Source of the DNA: Nitrosopumilus sp.
GTDB taxonomy: Archaea; Thermoproteota; Nitrososphaeria; Nitrososphaerales; Nitrosopumilaceae
NCBI GenBank assembly: GCA_965203315.1
Contig: OZ241857.1
Location: 960,001 to 1,024,000 of the forward strand
Length of the DNA stretch: 64,000 nucleotides
Reading direction: 5' to 3'
Positions 1-10,188 of the stretch are shown in pieces. Under the pieces are notes generated by a model. It was given only the letters and a program-made list of their open reading frames with translations. It had not been told where the DNA came from and searched no databases. Each line of letters starts with the position of its first letter. Positions within the stretch are counted from its first letter, which is position 1. The position numbers and the translations under genes were made by a program.

Positions 1-843
1 TAGTATCAGCATTGCAATGGCACCAAACTCTGGAATTACCCAAGTGCCGATTATCTCAATCGTCTCTGATCCTACAGTAAACATGACGGTGACGTCGTTG
101 TCATCGATGACATAGTCATCTGCCTCTTGACCATCAACTAGTGCCATAAGAATTCCGGTTTGAACTTCGGTTGATGGAGATATCGTAAATACACCATCAT
201 CGTGAGCGTCAATGTTAACCACAATAGACTTTGCGTCAACATTGATCATTGCGCTTGTTACAGTACCACCTGTTATCGTATACGGGATACACTCACCACT
301 TGCTTTGAGCTCGTTTGCAGAACATTCACGTGGTTCAGTTGGAGATATGGGTTGTGGAGTCGTGCCGGGCAGTGCTTCACCACCAGTCAGTGTTACACGT
401 AGACTATTCTGTGCACTGCCATATGATACCTTTATGATGTATAGACCATCATACTTCCATAGTGAACCTGCTGTATTCAGTACAGTACGAAAACTCTTGT
501 CACCTGCAACTCCTATTTGGTCTATAGTAACGATAGAATTGAGTGGATTGTATACAGTCACGATTACAGGAGCGCCAAACTCTACATTCGATACTTGACC
601 AGACACTACAATCTCACTCTCATGATCGTATACCATCTTGTCTACAGAGACAGATAATGGTAGATCACGAAGTAGATTTGCTTCTGCAATCATCCTTGCC
701 TCTTCTGGTGTACATTGTATACATGTCATATCATCAGTAGAAAGAGGATCTGAGACGGTCATCTCTGTGTCCTGTTGCGCATAAGCATCTATTGTTAAAA
801 ATGGTATAATTGCAAATAGAGCTAACACACAGTAGCTTTTCAT
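1..843 (-). CDS. PEFG-CTERM sorting-domain surface protein (3' end runs off the window)
   Basis: Not in the ORF track. Manual translation from ATG at 843 gives a signal peptide MKSYCVLALFAIIPFLTIDAYA, an Ig/MG2-like domain, and ...IEIIGTWVIPEFGAIAMLIL at the window edge (PEFG motif followed by a TM helix). Confidence 0.88.
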   Translation of the reverse strand, partial: MKSYCVLALFAIIPFLTIDAYAQQDTEMTVSDPLSTDDMTCIQCTPEEARMIAEANLLRDLPLSVSVDKMVYDHESEIVVSGQVSNVEFGAPVIVTVYNPLNSIVTIDQIGVAGDKSFRTVLNTAGSLWKYDGLYIIKVSYGSAQNSLRVTLTGGEALPGTTPQPISPTEPRECSANELKASGECIPYTITGGTVTSAMINVDAKSIVVNIDAHDDGVFTISPSTEVQTGILMALVDGQEADDYVIDDNDVTVMFTVGSETIEIIGTWVIPEFGAIAMLIL

Positions 844-972
844 ACACAACCCTCTTTTTATGGCATATTATAAGTATATCGTATTTGGTATGACATTCAG
901 CATACGATACATAGATCATGAATTCAGATTATACGATTAGATTTAATTAATGACACACAGATAAAAAACCTA

Positions 973-1887
973 ATGATTACAATAGTGGGATCAGGAAAGG
1001 TGGGAGGAGATGCTGCACTCTTTTCTGCACTAAAACAACTTGATGATCAGATACTATTGCTAGATGTAGTTGAGGGTCTTCCACAAGGCGAGGCCATGGA
1101 CATCAATCACATGTTGTCAGAACAGGGAATAGATGTAGAGGTCAAGGGATCAAACGACTTTGCAGATATGCGTGGATCTGATATAGTTGTCGTGGTTGCA
1201 GGGTCTGGAAGAAGACCAGGTATGACTAGGATGGATCTCTTGAAAAAGAATGCAACAATAGTAAAAGGCATAACACTACAGATCAAAGAGTATGCTTCAG
1301 ACTCGATCATAGTACCGGTAACAAACCCACTAGATCCAATGTCGTATATTGTTCAAAGGGTATCAGGCTTTGACAGATCCAGAGTCATAGGTATGGGAGG
1401 AATGTTGGATCTATCAAGATTTAGACAGTTTATTCATGAAGCTACAGGTTACTCTCGTGACGCAATTCGAGCTCTAGTTATTGGCGAACATGGTGAAGAG
1501 ATGTTGCCACTTGCAAGATTTGCGTCTGTGTCAGGTATACCGTTACCATCACTACTCTCAAGTGCAGAGATGAACGACTTGGTAACAAAGACAAAACATG
1601 TCGCAGCCAAAGTTATAGAACTAAAGGGTGCAACGGTTCATGCTCCCGGTAATGCAATATCATCTATACTTGCTGCCATAAAACAAGACAGAGATCAAGT
1701 AATTCCAGTATCGACGTTTCTGGATGGAGAGTATGGATACAATGACGTATCAATAGGAGTTCCAGCTGTCGTTGGCAAAGATGGCATCTCAAAGATAGTC
1801 GAGTTGGATCTCAACTCGGATGAGAGAGAGTCGTTTGCCAAAGCTATTCAAAATGTAAAGTCTGCAATATCTGGAATTGATATCTAG
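973..1887 (+). CDS. mdh: Malate dehydrogenase (LDH-like)
   Basis: GSGKVG Rossmann motif, [23 protein letters not shown] and GEHG motifs. Confidence 0.95.
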   Translation: MITIVGSGKVGGDAALFSALKQLDDQILLLDVVEGLPQGEAMDINHMLSEQGIDVEVKGSNDFADMRGSDIVVVVAGSGRRPGMTRMDLLKKNATIVKGITLQIKEYASDSIIVPVTNPLDPMSYIVQRVSGFDRSRVIGMGGMLDLSRFRQFIHEATGYSRDAIRALVIGEHGEEMLPLARFASVSGIPLPSLLSSAEMNDLVTKTKHVAAKVIELKGATVHAPGNAISSILAAIKQDRDQVIPVSTFLDGEYGYNDVSIGVPAVVGKDGISKIVELDLNSDERESFAKAIQNVKSAISGIDI

Positions 1888-1931
1888 ATATTTTGGTAAT
1901 TATTATCTAATAGTGAATTATACATCATACA

Positions 1932-2669
1932 ATGGATACGGATCGTGACATAGCACTAGACGCATTGTATCAGATCGAAGAGATTGCCAAGATTGCCAAG
2001 GTCGACGTCAATAGAAGATCAAGGCGAGGCATTCCAGAGGTCATATATGCAGAGACCAAGAGACTATCTGAGATCAAATCCATAATTCAGGTTATGATCA
2101 AGCATAAAGAACCAGTACTGATATCTAGAATTCAAGATAGAGACTATACAAAGATCATGTCCTTTGCAAAACAGCTCGGGCTCAAAGTTAGATCAGGTAG
2201 AAACTCATCCACCTTGTTGCTATATCACAATACGATACAGTACGACAAGGGCCGAGTGGGAATTCTTTGTGCAGGAACATCAGATGTTGGTGTTGCTGAA
2301 GAATCAAGACTGATGTGCGAGAGTATGGGATGTAGATGCATCACGAGTTATGATGTCGGCGTTGCAGGAATTCAAAGAATATTTCCCGAATTGGAAAAGA
2401 TGGTAAAATCAAACATAGATTGTTTGATCGTAGTAGCCGGGATGGAGGGTGCACTAGCAACGGTAGTATCTAGTTTGGTAGATATTCCAGTTATCGGAGT
2501 GCCGACATCAGTAGGATACGGATTTGGGCAAAAAGGCGTTGCGGCACTCGCCTCTATGCTCCAAAGCTGTGCACTAGGCCTAGCTGTAGTAAATATCGAT
2601 GGCGGTATTGCAGCAGGTGGTATTGCGGCCAATATTGCAAATCGTGCAAGACGACGTAAAGACAAGTGA
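1932..2669 (+). CDS. larB: Nickel-pincer cofactor biosynthesis protein LarB (PurE-like)
   Basis: GIPEVIYAETK, AGTSD, DVGVAG, VAGMEGAL, PTSVGYG and VVNIDGG motifs. Confidence 0.9.
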   Translation: MDTDRDIALDALYQIEEIAKIAKVDVNRRSRRGIPEVIYAETKRLSEIKSIIQVMIKHKEPVLISRIQDRDYTKIMSFAKQLGLKVRSGRNSSTLLLYHNTIQYDKGRVGILCAGTSDVGVAEESRLMCESMGCRCITSYDVGVAGIQRIFPELEKMVKSNIDCLIVVAGMEGALATVVSSLVDIPVIGVPTSVGYGFGQKGVAALASMLQSCALGLAVVNIDGGIAAGGIAANIANRARRRKDK

Positions 2670-3299
2670 TCATCGTTGATTCAACTTGTCTTAAATGAAA
2701 ATTATTTCACATATAACGAGAAAAGCAGTAAGAGATAAAGTTGAATGAGTAGATAGCGTCACAATACAAGACAGACACAAGTTCAATCACCATAGCAAGC
2801 AGAATGAAGTGGGGTCAAGACAAGTTTATCAAATATAGCACATGTCAAGACTGGTTTGGCTCCAAAACAACACAAGGCCAGAAGACAAAAAACCAACTGC
2901 CAAAGAGATCAGAATAGTCAAAATGCATGACATTGATCCACAAAATGTAATTCATCTTTGAAAGAACATTGCAAACATAAAATCGTCCACATATTTGTAG
3001 TGGATAGTCCGTAAACTAATTGTAAGAGAGATTCTTTGGGGCATTTGAAAATGATGCTAGACACTAAACTTGAGTGGATGAACATATTGAATACCATAGT
3101 GAAATAGCACGTTTTGTACTCGATATGAAAACTGACGAGACGTATCTCAAAGCGTTTAGAATAAAATTGGCTAATGCCAAAGTTAGACAAGACTTTGAAT
3201 GGACAGACCAGAATTCTGAAAGTGTGAAATAGTTTTCATTCAAGACAGTGTCGCAAAATCTCGTAAATGATATATACAATGATTGGGGCACAACTGTAG

Positions 3300-4880
3300 T
3301 TGGCTGGCAAACGAATTGTACTTACAGCAGATAGAAGCCTGATGACAAATTATCGAGGAAACTTTTTGTACGGGTTTATAGCGTGTGGTCCATACGAGGT
3401 TTTGCCAGAGTGGGTATTTGATAAAGTATTCTGTCCATCGGTTGAGACAGACAAGACGACAGGAGAGGTAAAGGTAGCTCAAGTTGGACTCAGACGAGTC
3501 GAGAGTTCATTGATACAAGGTGGGTATAGACGCGAGGATGTATTTATGGCACATCCTGAACAGCTCGCCAAGTCCATAGGCCCAGACACAAAGGTTGTAG
3601 GAATTAACGTAATGGATCCTCTAGGGATGGCTCCAGTTACGACAACAATGTCGCCTGAAAAGCTGTCCTATGTTGCAATGAAGTTCAAAAAGATGTGTGC
3701 TAGCATAATTCAACTCAAGAAAAAGTATGATTTCAAAGTAGTTGTTGGTGGAAACGGTGCTTGGGAGCTAGCCAAGTCAGATAGAATGAAGATTCATGGT
3801 ATCGATACGGTTGTGGTAGGAGAGGCAGACGAGTTGGCAATAGATCTCTTTGAAGATTTAGAGCGAGGTGATGCACCAGAGATGATGCATTGTTTTGTTA
3901 GAAATCTAGAAAATATTCCCATAATCGAGGGTCCTACAATAAACTCTTTGATAGAAGCCATGCGCGGTTGTGGACGAGGTTGTGACTTTTGCGATGTCAA
4001 CAAGCGCTCAAAGAAAGATCTACCACTAGAACGACTCCAACAAGAAGCAAAGATCAATTTGAAATATGGATTCGATTCGATATGGCTACACTCAGATGAG
4101 ATGTTACTTTATGGTTGTGATAATCGAGACTTTATTCCAAATCGTGACGCAATAACGGATCTCTGGAAAGGACTCAAGGGACTGGGCGCAAACTTTGTAG
4201 GTACCACACACATGACATTCTCTGCAGTAGCAGCAGATCCTGATCTAATGAAACAGATATCACATATCAACAGACAACATGAGACTGGTAGATGGTTGGC
4301 AACGAATCTAGGAATCGAGACTGTTGCTCCCGACATGGTAAAGAAACATCTTGGCGTCAAGACGAAACCGTTCTCTACCGAAGAGTGGGGCAGTGTTGTA
4401 CGTGAAGGGGCCAAGATCCTCAACGAGAATCATTGGTTCCCAGCAGCTACAATAATCATCGGATGGCCAGACGAAACACCAGATGATATCCAGTATACCA
4501 TAGACATGATGAGTGACTTTAGAGAGATGGACTTTAGAGGTCTAGTGGCTCCACTGTTGTATCAAGACTTTAGTGAAAAGAACTCGATGCACTTTGGAAA
4601 CTTGAACGAGGCACAGTTTACACTGTTTTGGAGATGTTGGGAGAACAATCTACGAGTCATAAATGATATAATTCCAATAATACTCAGAAACAAGACATAT
4701 GGTCCGCCTATGAAGATATTCATGTATGGAATTCTAAAGGCAGGAACTTGGGCCATCATGCGATATCTACGGGGGCTATGCAAAGATCTCTTCAACGGTA
4801 GAATGCCAGACGAGATAGTTGACAAGTACTCTAGGAGTAGATCTGTATCGATGCCAAAGATTCAGACAAAAAAATTATAG
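3300..4880 (+). CDS. B12-binding-domain radical SAM protein
   Basis: CxxxCxxC (GCGRGCDFC), with an N-terminal VVVGG / VVVGEAD cobalamin-binding-like domain. Confidence 0.9.
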   Translation: MAGKRIVLTADRSLMTNYRGNFLYGFIACGPYEVLPEWVFDKVFCPSVETDKTTGEVKVAQVGLRRVESSLIQGGYRREDVFMAHPEQLAKSIGPDTKVVGINVMDPLGMAPVTTTMSPEKLSYVAMKFKKMCASIIQLKKKYDFKVVVGGNGAWELAKSDRMKIHGIDTVVVGEADELAIDLFEDLERGDAPEMMHCFVRNLENIPIIEGPTINSLIEAMRGCGRGCDFCDVNKRSKKDLPLERLQQEAKINLKYGFDSIWLHSDEMLLYGCDNRDFIPNRDAITDLWKGLKGLGANFVGTTHMTFSAVAADPDLMKQISHINRQHETGRWLATNLGIETVAPDMVKKHLGVKTKPFSTEEWGSVVREGAKILNENHWFPAATIIIGWPDETPDDIQYTIDMMSDFREMDFRGLVAPLLYQDFSEKNSMHFGNLNEAQFTLFWRCWENNLRVINDIIPIILRNKTYGPPMKIFMYGILKAGTWAIMRYLRGLCKDLFNGRMPDEIVDKYSRSRSVSMPKIQTKKL

Positions 4881-5198
4881 TTGTGCGATTGCTGTATCAG
4901 CTATTGTATTTCGTTTTGGGGTCAACGAGATAAAGTAAATCTTGTCTGCTCGTTCCACAGCAGATACGTTACGAAACGATTTTGTAGACACGTCAAACTC
5001 GTATATGCCTGGCTCAAGTGAACCTTTTGAATACAGCATCAGATAGGTATCATTTGCTCCTTGATTTAGAGGGATAAATGACATGACATATCCTTTGTAG
5101 GATGCTATCGGCATTGTATTCTTCATTGGAGGTGCAGCTGATGTCAAGAACATAAAGACATCATCGATCGTCTCAAACTCTGTATACTCTATATGCAT
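4875..5198 (-). CDS. Conserved hypothetical protein
   Basis: 107-aa ORF with host-like codon usage, co-oriented with the upstream gene. Confidence 0.75.
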   Translation of the reverse strand: MHIEYTEFETIDDVFMFLTSAAPPMKNTMPIASYKGYVMSFIPLNQGANDTYLMLYSKGSLEPGIYEFDVSTKSFRNVSAVERADKIYFISLTPKRNTIADTAIAQL

Positions 5199-5232
5199 TA
5201 GGTATCATATTACGCAGTAATATAATAATGTA

Positions 5233-6441
5233 CTAAGATCGACGTGAGCGGATACATCTATGTATCGTAATGCCTACAAGTGTCGGAGCTACGATATACA
5301 TTCCAATGTTTAGTGCAATCACAGATATTCCTAGACCCAATACGTCCATCTCAGAGCCGTCTTCTGCCAGAGTCATTATGGAGAGTGATGTAATCATTGG
5401 TGTGATGAATGCACGCACAGTTTGTTGGAAGGCTGGGTTGGATCGTTCCATGTCGGCGATTGTCGGCGAGAATGAATAGTATATCTGGTTAAAGCCAGCC
5501 ATGAATGCAGTACCAGAACCAGTACTCATTACAGTATTGTCTCGAATCTCACGCAAGAACTGAACTTGTGGAGCTAGCTCTGTCCCATGTGCTGCTGTAG
5601 CGATGAGACACCCACCACCAGTTGGTTCTGGTTCGGGCTCAGATGGTACACAGATACCATCCACTAGCTGAGTGCCTGGACCACAAGTGGGTTGAGGCTC
5701 TGGTATAGGAGGTACTTTTGGTACACACTCACCATCTACTCGCTCTGTGTCTGGAGGACAGGGTGGTGGCGGAGGAGGTGGTGGCGGAGGAGCGTCAGGT
5801 ACACAGTCGCCGTTTACTAGTGTTGTACCTTGCTCACATTCTATTGGAGCGGGTGCGTCAGGTACACAGTCGCCGTTTACTAGTGTTGTACCGTCAGGAC
5901 ACTCTATTGGAACCGGATCTGGTTTCGTTGGCTCGACTATCTTTTCTTTTGCTTCAAATGTTAGTATCTCTTCAGCTCTAACATCAGTACCTCCAAAGAA
6001 GACTTTGACAGTATAGTTACCACTGTCTTTCCAAAGTCTTTCACCTAGTGGAAATGTGTATGTGTAGCTACCATCGCTTGTTAAAGATGCAGAAGGAGAA
6101 GCTTTAGAGGGAGATATTTGACCAACGTGTATCAATCTATCAGCAGGAGAGAATATTTGAACTGTGATCGCTGTTTTTGGAGTTTTTGATGCATTGTAGT
6201 TCTTGATTTGACCGCTAAGTTCAACGGTCTCACCTGTGGTATAACTCGCCTGCGGTATAATCACATCTATACCAAGACTTAGCATTGGGATCATTGTAAG
6301 TGGTGGTGCATCATAGATATCAGATGGAATAATCATAGATAGTGGAGATACAGAATCTCCAAAAGAGTCTGTGACTCCCAATGACAAGAGAGATACAGAG
6401 AGTATTGCGATCGCAAACATACTATTTCGTTTCATATACAT
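5233..6441 (-). CDS. CFI-box-CTERM domain surface protein with a Pro/Cys-rich stalk
   Basis: Signal peptide, Ig/MG2-like domain, four CxxGT..V(N/D)GxCVP-type repeats, poly-Pro, and C-terminal GGGCLIATAAHGTELAPQVQFLREIRD...FNQIYYSFSP plus a TM helix. Confidence 0.9.
   Translation of the reverse strand: MYMKRNSMFAIAILSVSLLSLGVTDSFGDSVSPLSMIIPSDIYDAPPLTMIPMLSLGIDVIIPQASYTTGETVELSGQIKNYNASKTPKTAITVQIFSPADRLIHVGQISPSKASPSASLTSDGSYTYTFPLGERLWKDSGNYTVKVFFGGTDVRAEEILTFEAKEKIVEPTKPDPVPIECPDGTTLVNGDCVPDAPAPIECEQGTTLVNGDCVPDAPPPPPPPPPPCPPDTERVDGECVPKVPPIPEPQPTCGPGTQLVDGICVPSEPEPEPTGGGCLIATAAHGTELAPQVQFLREIRDNTVMSTGSGTAFMAGFNQIYYSFSPTIADMERSNPAFQQTVRAFITPMITSLSIMTLAEDGSEMDVLGLGISVIALNIGMYIVAPTLVGITIHRCIRSRRS
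5792..5917. repeat. 63-bp tandem duplication inside the CFI-box gene
   Basis: GCGTCAGGTACACAGTCGCCGTTTACTAGTGTTGTACC is identical at 5792 and 5855. Confidence 0.9.
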
Positions 6442-6834
6442 ATCACTTCATTAATTGAAGGTATTTATGTTTTCAATAAAATAAATGTTGACTAAATGAC
6501 ATCATAAATTAGACATAGATCAGTGAGTCTGTACTTGAATACTCTACATTTGATGGTTGGGCATGTCAGTAGCAAAGTTACCTAGTACAACTAGAGGCAT
6601 AGTCAGATAGTTATGCATTATTTTTAATGTATAACTAGTGATATAGAGTGTACGAGAATTAGAGTGGATTACGAGTGTCGCATACATCACTCTGATCGAT
6701 CCAGCAAGAGATTTAGATCACTAGAATGAGTACGTTGATCTCAAGTCAGAGATGTCGAGTTCAACTGTGATTTTGAGTCTTGCTGTTTGTCATCTCGAGT
6801 ATTGTATATGAGAAGACCACAACATGAATGTCGG

Positions 6835-9800
6835 TTATCGTATAGGAAGAATGCCTTGATCAGCAGCATACTGTAATGATCGAATAAAGACATCATCAGA
6901 GATGGTACCGTTGGACCACCAAGCAGCATTAGACTTGAGCCATGGAGGAATAGAGTAGACACTAGATGTCTTGGTAGTGCTGATAAATCCCGTAGTAACT
7001 AGATGATCCAAAATGTCTAGAAACTCAGAGTTTGGTAGTTTGCCCTGAGCCCACCACCCTGCATTGCTCTTGACCCATGTTGGAATAACCGGCTCACTGA
7101 CTAGAAATGATGTCGAGCCAGCAAGTACGTTATTGTAGTATAGTGATATCTGGTATGTACCTAAAGGCCAGACATTGCTTACAGATAGTGTAGCAACGTA
7201 TGCTCCACGGTTAGATACAGATAATGGAAAACGTTGATCAGTACCGTCTGGAAGAGCCACATTCACCTCTAACTTGCCAGTTGGTTGATGACCCACCAAA
7301 GTTCCAGACAGAGTCACTTCTACTGTACCAGATGTTATAGGACGTAGTATGGATTCGGGATTTACTTGAGGTGTGGTTAGAGCTTGAATAGGTTGAGCAG
7401 GATTGCTGCGTAGAACGCTAGACTTGCTTGGGTTACCAGAGCTGTCTCGTGCATCATAATATACGACATCTAGACTACCACCTGTAGGAGATATCAGTGC
7501 GGTACCATCTCGGTTACATATCTTGGTTGGTATCGAGAACGTTCCTTCAAAGGTGCCCGTACTGACATCAGTCTCAGTAAGTACAAATCCGGTCGCAGCG
7601 AGTCCACCATGCTGTACGCCACCTACAGAGCACCGCTTGTATCGTATATCTTTGAGCAAGATCTCTAAAAGAATCGTATCGTCTTCACCGACTGTGTCAA
7701 CGGCAGGAGAGTTTGGATCATCAACTACTGTATAATAGTCAACTCGATCTGAATGGATGTTTAGATCTGGATCATGTAATGTTACCACAGCTGTCTGACC
7801 AAATCTATACGACTTGGAGTTGATTGCAACAACTCCACTAGTTGTTCCAATCTCTGACTGTGATGATACTATGGACAACTTGCCTATCGCGCTTAGATCA
7901 GAGTACGATATCGTGATATCATCTTCGTCGATGATCACAAACTTGATCTCCGAGTCTATCGTTCTAATATTAGCAACATGATGTGTGGTTGCATGTGTCA
8001 ATACGATATACTCGAGTGTTCCTTCGAATCGAGAGGTATTGTCATCGGTCTCTTCTAGTTCGAATCGATATATCGAGTTGTTTGTGTCATCACCAAATGA
8101 GAATATGTCGATTGCAACATGTCGAGTATCGGTATATGGATCACTACTTGGATTACCCGTAAACTCGACTCCCAGATATACATCACCTGTACGTTGAGAT
8201 ATGTTGTTGACTGTGTCTTCGCTTAGACGAACTAGACCTTGTGGTGAGTTGACCGTAGTTAGAGGCATAGGAGTAGAGTCTCGGGTACCAAAGTATAGAA
8301 CAAAGTCGATATCGCCGGCAGTGTTAAAGATGCCTTCAAGAGATCGTACGTCATAGTTTAGCCATACTGCCCATGCATCAGAGTTGATCACAGATCGTAG
8401 TTGTGTAGCAGATATGCCAACATCTACGACCATCTGTGTAAATGCATCACCAGATGTACTAGATACACCAGATGTATCTAGAGATAGTATAGCAGACGAA
8501 GGGCTACGAATCACTGAAGGGACATAACGTTCGGTAGACTGTGACGAGAACCAGACATCAGATGCTCGATCTAGTGTGATAGGTTTACCTATACGTAGTG
8601 TTGGTAGATAAGGAGTGTTACGAAGATCCAATACATCTTGGGTTATAGGATTGGTGTTTCGATCTGGATCTGACAATGTGATACCGTACAGGATACCTGG
8701 CAACAACGAGTCACTAGTAATGTCTAACTTTTTTTGTAGTTGGATTCCAGCAGTAAACGACCCAGTCAATACATCAACCTTTTTGTCATTGTATTCAATA
8801 ACGGCAGCGTGTCCTCGAGGTGCATCAACACGAGTCTTGAGGTTTGAGCCCTTTTTACGATCTGTATTGTCAAATATTCCAGAATTGGGATCTTGTTCTA
8901 CAAGTGTGATAATGTCACTAAACGTTGTAGAACCATCAGTTATCTGTCTAGTAGGTTGTTTGGTATTGGATACAGTCTCGAGTATAGTACCGAGTTCTAT
9001 CTCGAGTAGTCCATTATCCACAAATCCAAGTTTATTCAGTGAACGCGATATATCAACAAGACCACTACCGCCGTTTGCAGCATTGTTACCTTTATCGTCA
9101 AATGCCCGGTAAAAGACAGATGGAGTAGAACCTACGCCAAAAGTCCAAGAGTCTTTGCTGGTCGGATCTTGATTTAGTTGAGGATCATGTATAGTTAGAT
9201 AGACATGTGCATTTGAAGGATAACGATCTCGATCGAGATCGTGTTTGATGTTAGGTATCTCGTCATGGTGTAGTGTAACTGTCTGTGATGCGCCACCTTT
9301 GCGGTATACAATATCAACCGTATCAAAGTCGTATAGTTGAACTAGTGGCCATGCATTTGGATCAAGCCCTATCTGACCAGACGGGACCAAACCGTTTAGG
9401 TTCATTGATGGTGGTCTCTGTAATACATTGTTGATCTTTGTGGACGCGGTTGGTGTACCGGTACACTTTGAGAACGACTCTTCGCCGTTTGTAAATCCAC
9501 TTAAACCGCCTGAACTTGGAACTGCAAACCCTTCTGTCTCACGCAGAGATATGCCAAATACAGATTGATCTGTATCTGCGCTACAAAAGACTCCAAAGTC
9601 TAAACCCTCTCCAGGTTTTGCGACTGTGCCGTCTGCAGCTTGGGCCATGTCAACATGTGCAAAGTATCCATACCAACTTCCATAAGCGCTTTGGGTCATC
9701 CGGAGTCTATCTCCGTTTATGGTAACGTGTGGCTCACCACTACTCTCACTAACCTCAGAGATATAGTGATCCTCAACGATGACCTCGATGATCATAGAGC

Positions 9801-9948
9801 CACCGATGTGGTTATCAAATTGAGGATTCTCAGCTGATACGTAGAGATTGGGGTTTGCGGCATCTACAGATATCGGATATGACATCATGGAGACGATTGA
9901 GACTAGTGATAACATCACAAGAGTCGTGGTCGAATTTTGGTGTAACAA
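6835..9948 (-). CDS. Large secreted S-layer-like protein with thaumarchaeal C-terminal IPxW repeats
   Basis: Signal peptide, repeated DPD(L/R)N and ETD..T..FEG modules, and C-terminal IPTWVKSNAGWWA / IPPWLKSNAAWWS repeats. Confidence 0.8.
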   Translation of the reverse strand: MLHQNSTTTLVMLSLVSIVSMMSYPISVDAANPNLYVSAENPQFDNHIGGSMIIEVIVEDHYISEVSESSGEPHVTINGDRLRMTQSAYGSWYGYFAHVDMAQAADGTVAKPGEGLDFGVFCSADTDQSVFGISLRETEGFAVPSSGGLSGFTNGEESFSKCTGTPTASTKINNVLQRPPSMNLNGLVPSGQIGLDPNAWPLVQLYDFDTVDIVYRKGGASQTVTLHHDEIPNIKHDLDRDRYPSNAHVYLTIHDPQLNQDPTSKDSWTFGVGSTPSVFYRAFDDKGNNAANGGSGLVDISRSLNKLGFVDNGLLEIELGTILETVSNTKQPTRQITDGSTTFSDIITLVEQDPNSGIFDNTDRKKGSNLKTRVDAPRGHAAVIEYNDKKVDVLTGSFTAGIQLQKKLDITSDSLLPGILYGITLSDPDRNTNPITQDVLDLRNTPYLPTLRIGKPITLDRASDVWFSSQSTERYVPSVIRSPSSAILSLDTSGVSSTSGDAFTQMVVDVGISATQLRSVINSDAWAVWLNYDVRSLEGIFNTAGDIDFVLYFGTRDSTPMPLTTVNSPQGLVRLSEDTVNNISQRTGDVYLGVEFTGNPSSDPYTDTRHVAIDIFSFGDDTNNSIYRFELEETDDNTSRFEGTLEYIVLTHATTHHVANIRTIDSEIKFVIIDEDDITISYSDLSAIGKLSIVSSQSEIGTTSGVVAINSKSYRFGQTAVVTLHDPDLNIHSDRVDYYTVVDDPNSPAVDTVGEDDTILLEILLKDIRYKRCSVGGVQHGGLAATGFVLTETDVSTGTFEGTFSIPTKICNRDGTALISPTGGSLDVVYYDARDSSGNPSKSSVLRSNPAQPIQALTTPQVNPESILRPITSGTVEVTLSGTLVGHQPTGKLEVNVALPDGTDQRFPLSVSNRGAYVATLSVSNVWPLGTYQISLYYNNVLAGSTSFLVSEPVIPTWVKSNAGWWAQGKLPNSEFLDILDHLVTTGFISTTKTSSVYSIPPWLKSNAAWWSNGTISDDVFIRSLQYAADQGILPIR

Positions 9949-10066
9949 TACATAATGAACGGTATAGGTTACACATAATAATTTCGTATGATTGATCTAC
10001 AAGGTTGAACACTAGATAAGAGTCCAAGTTGGCAAGAGTAAGCGTATATCGTGTATCATATGCCGC

Positions 10067-10136
10067 GTGTTGTGTATAGTGTGTTGTGTATAGTGTGTTG
10101 TGTATAGTGTGTTGTGTATAGTGTGTTGTGTATAGT
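10067..10136. repeat. Perfect 14-bp tandem repeat x5 (GTGTTGTGTATAGT)
   Basis: Five exact copies in the divergent intergenic region. Confidence 0.95.
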
Positions 10137-10188
10137 GTATCATAGATCGTATTGTATCAGATATAACAGATCATGTAGATATAATATC

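Noticed and set aside
202-919. Short ORFs listed in the track at the window start
   Set aside because: Shadows of the real minus-strand PEFG-CTERM gene (1-843).
5747-6016. Gly-rich plus-strand ORF
   Set aside because: Antisense of the poly-Pro stalk.
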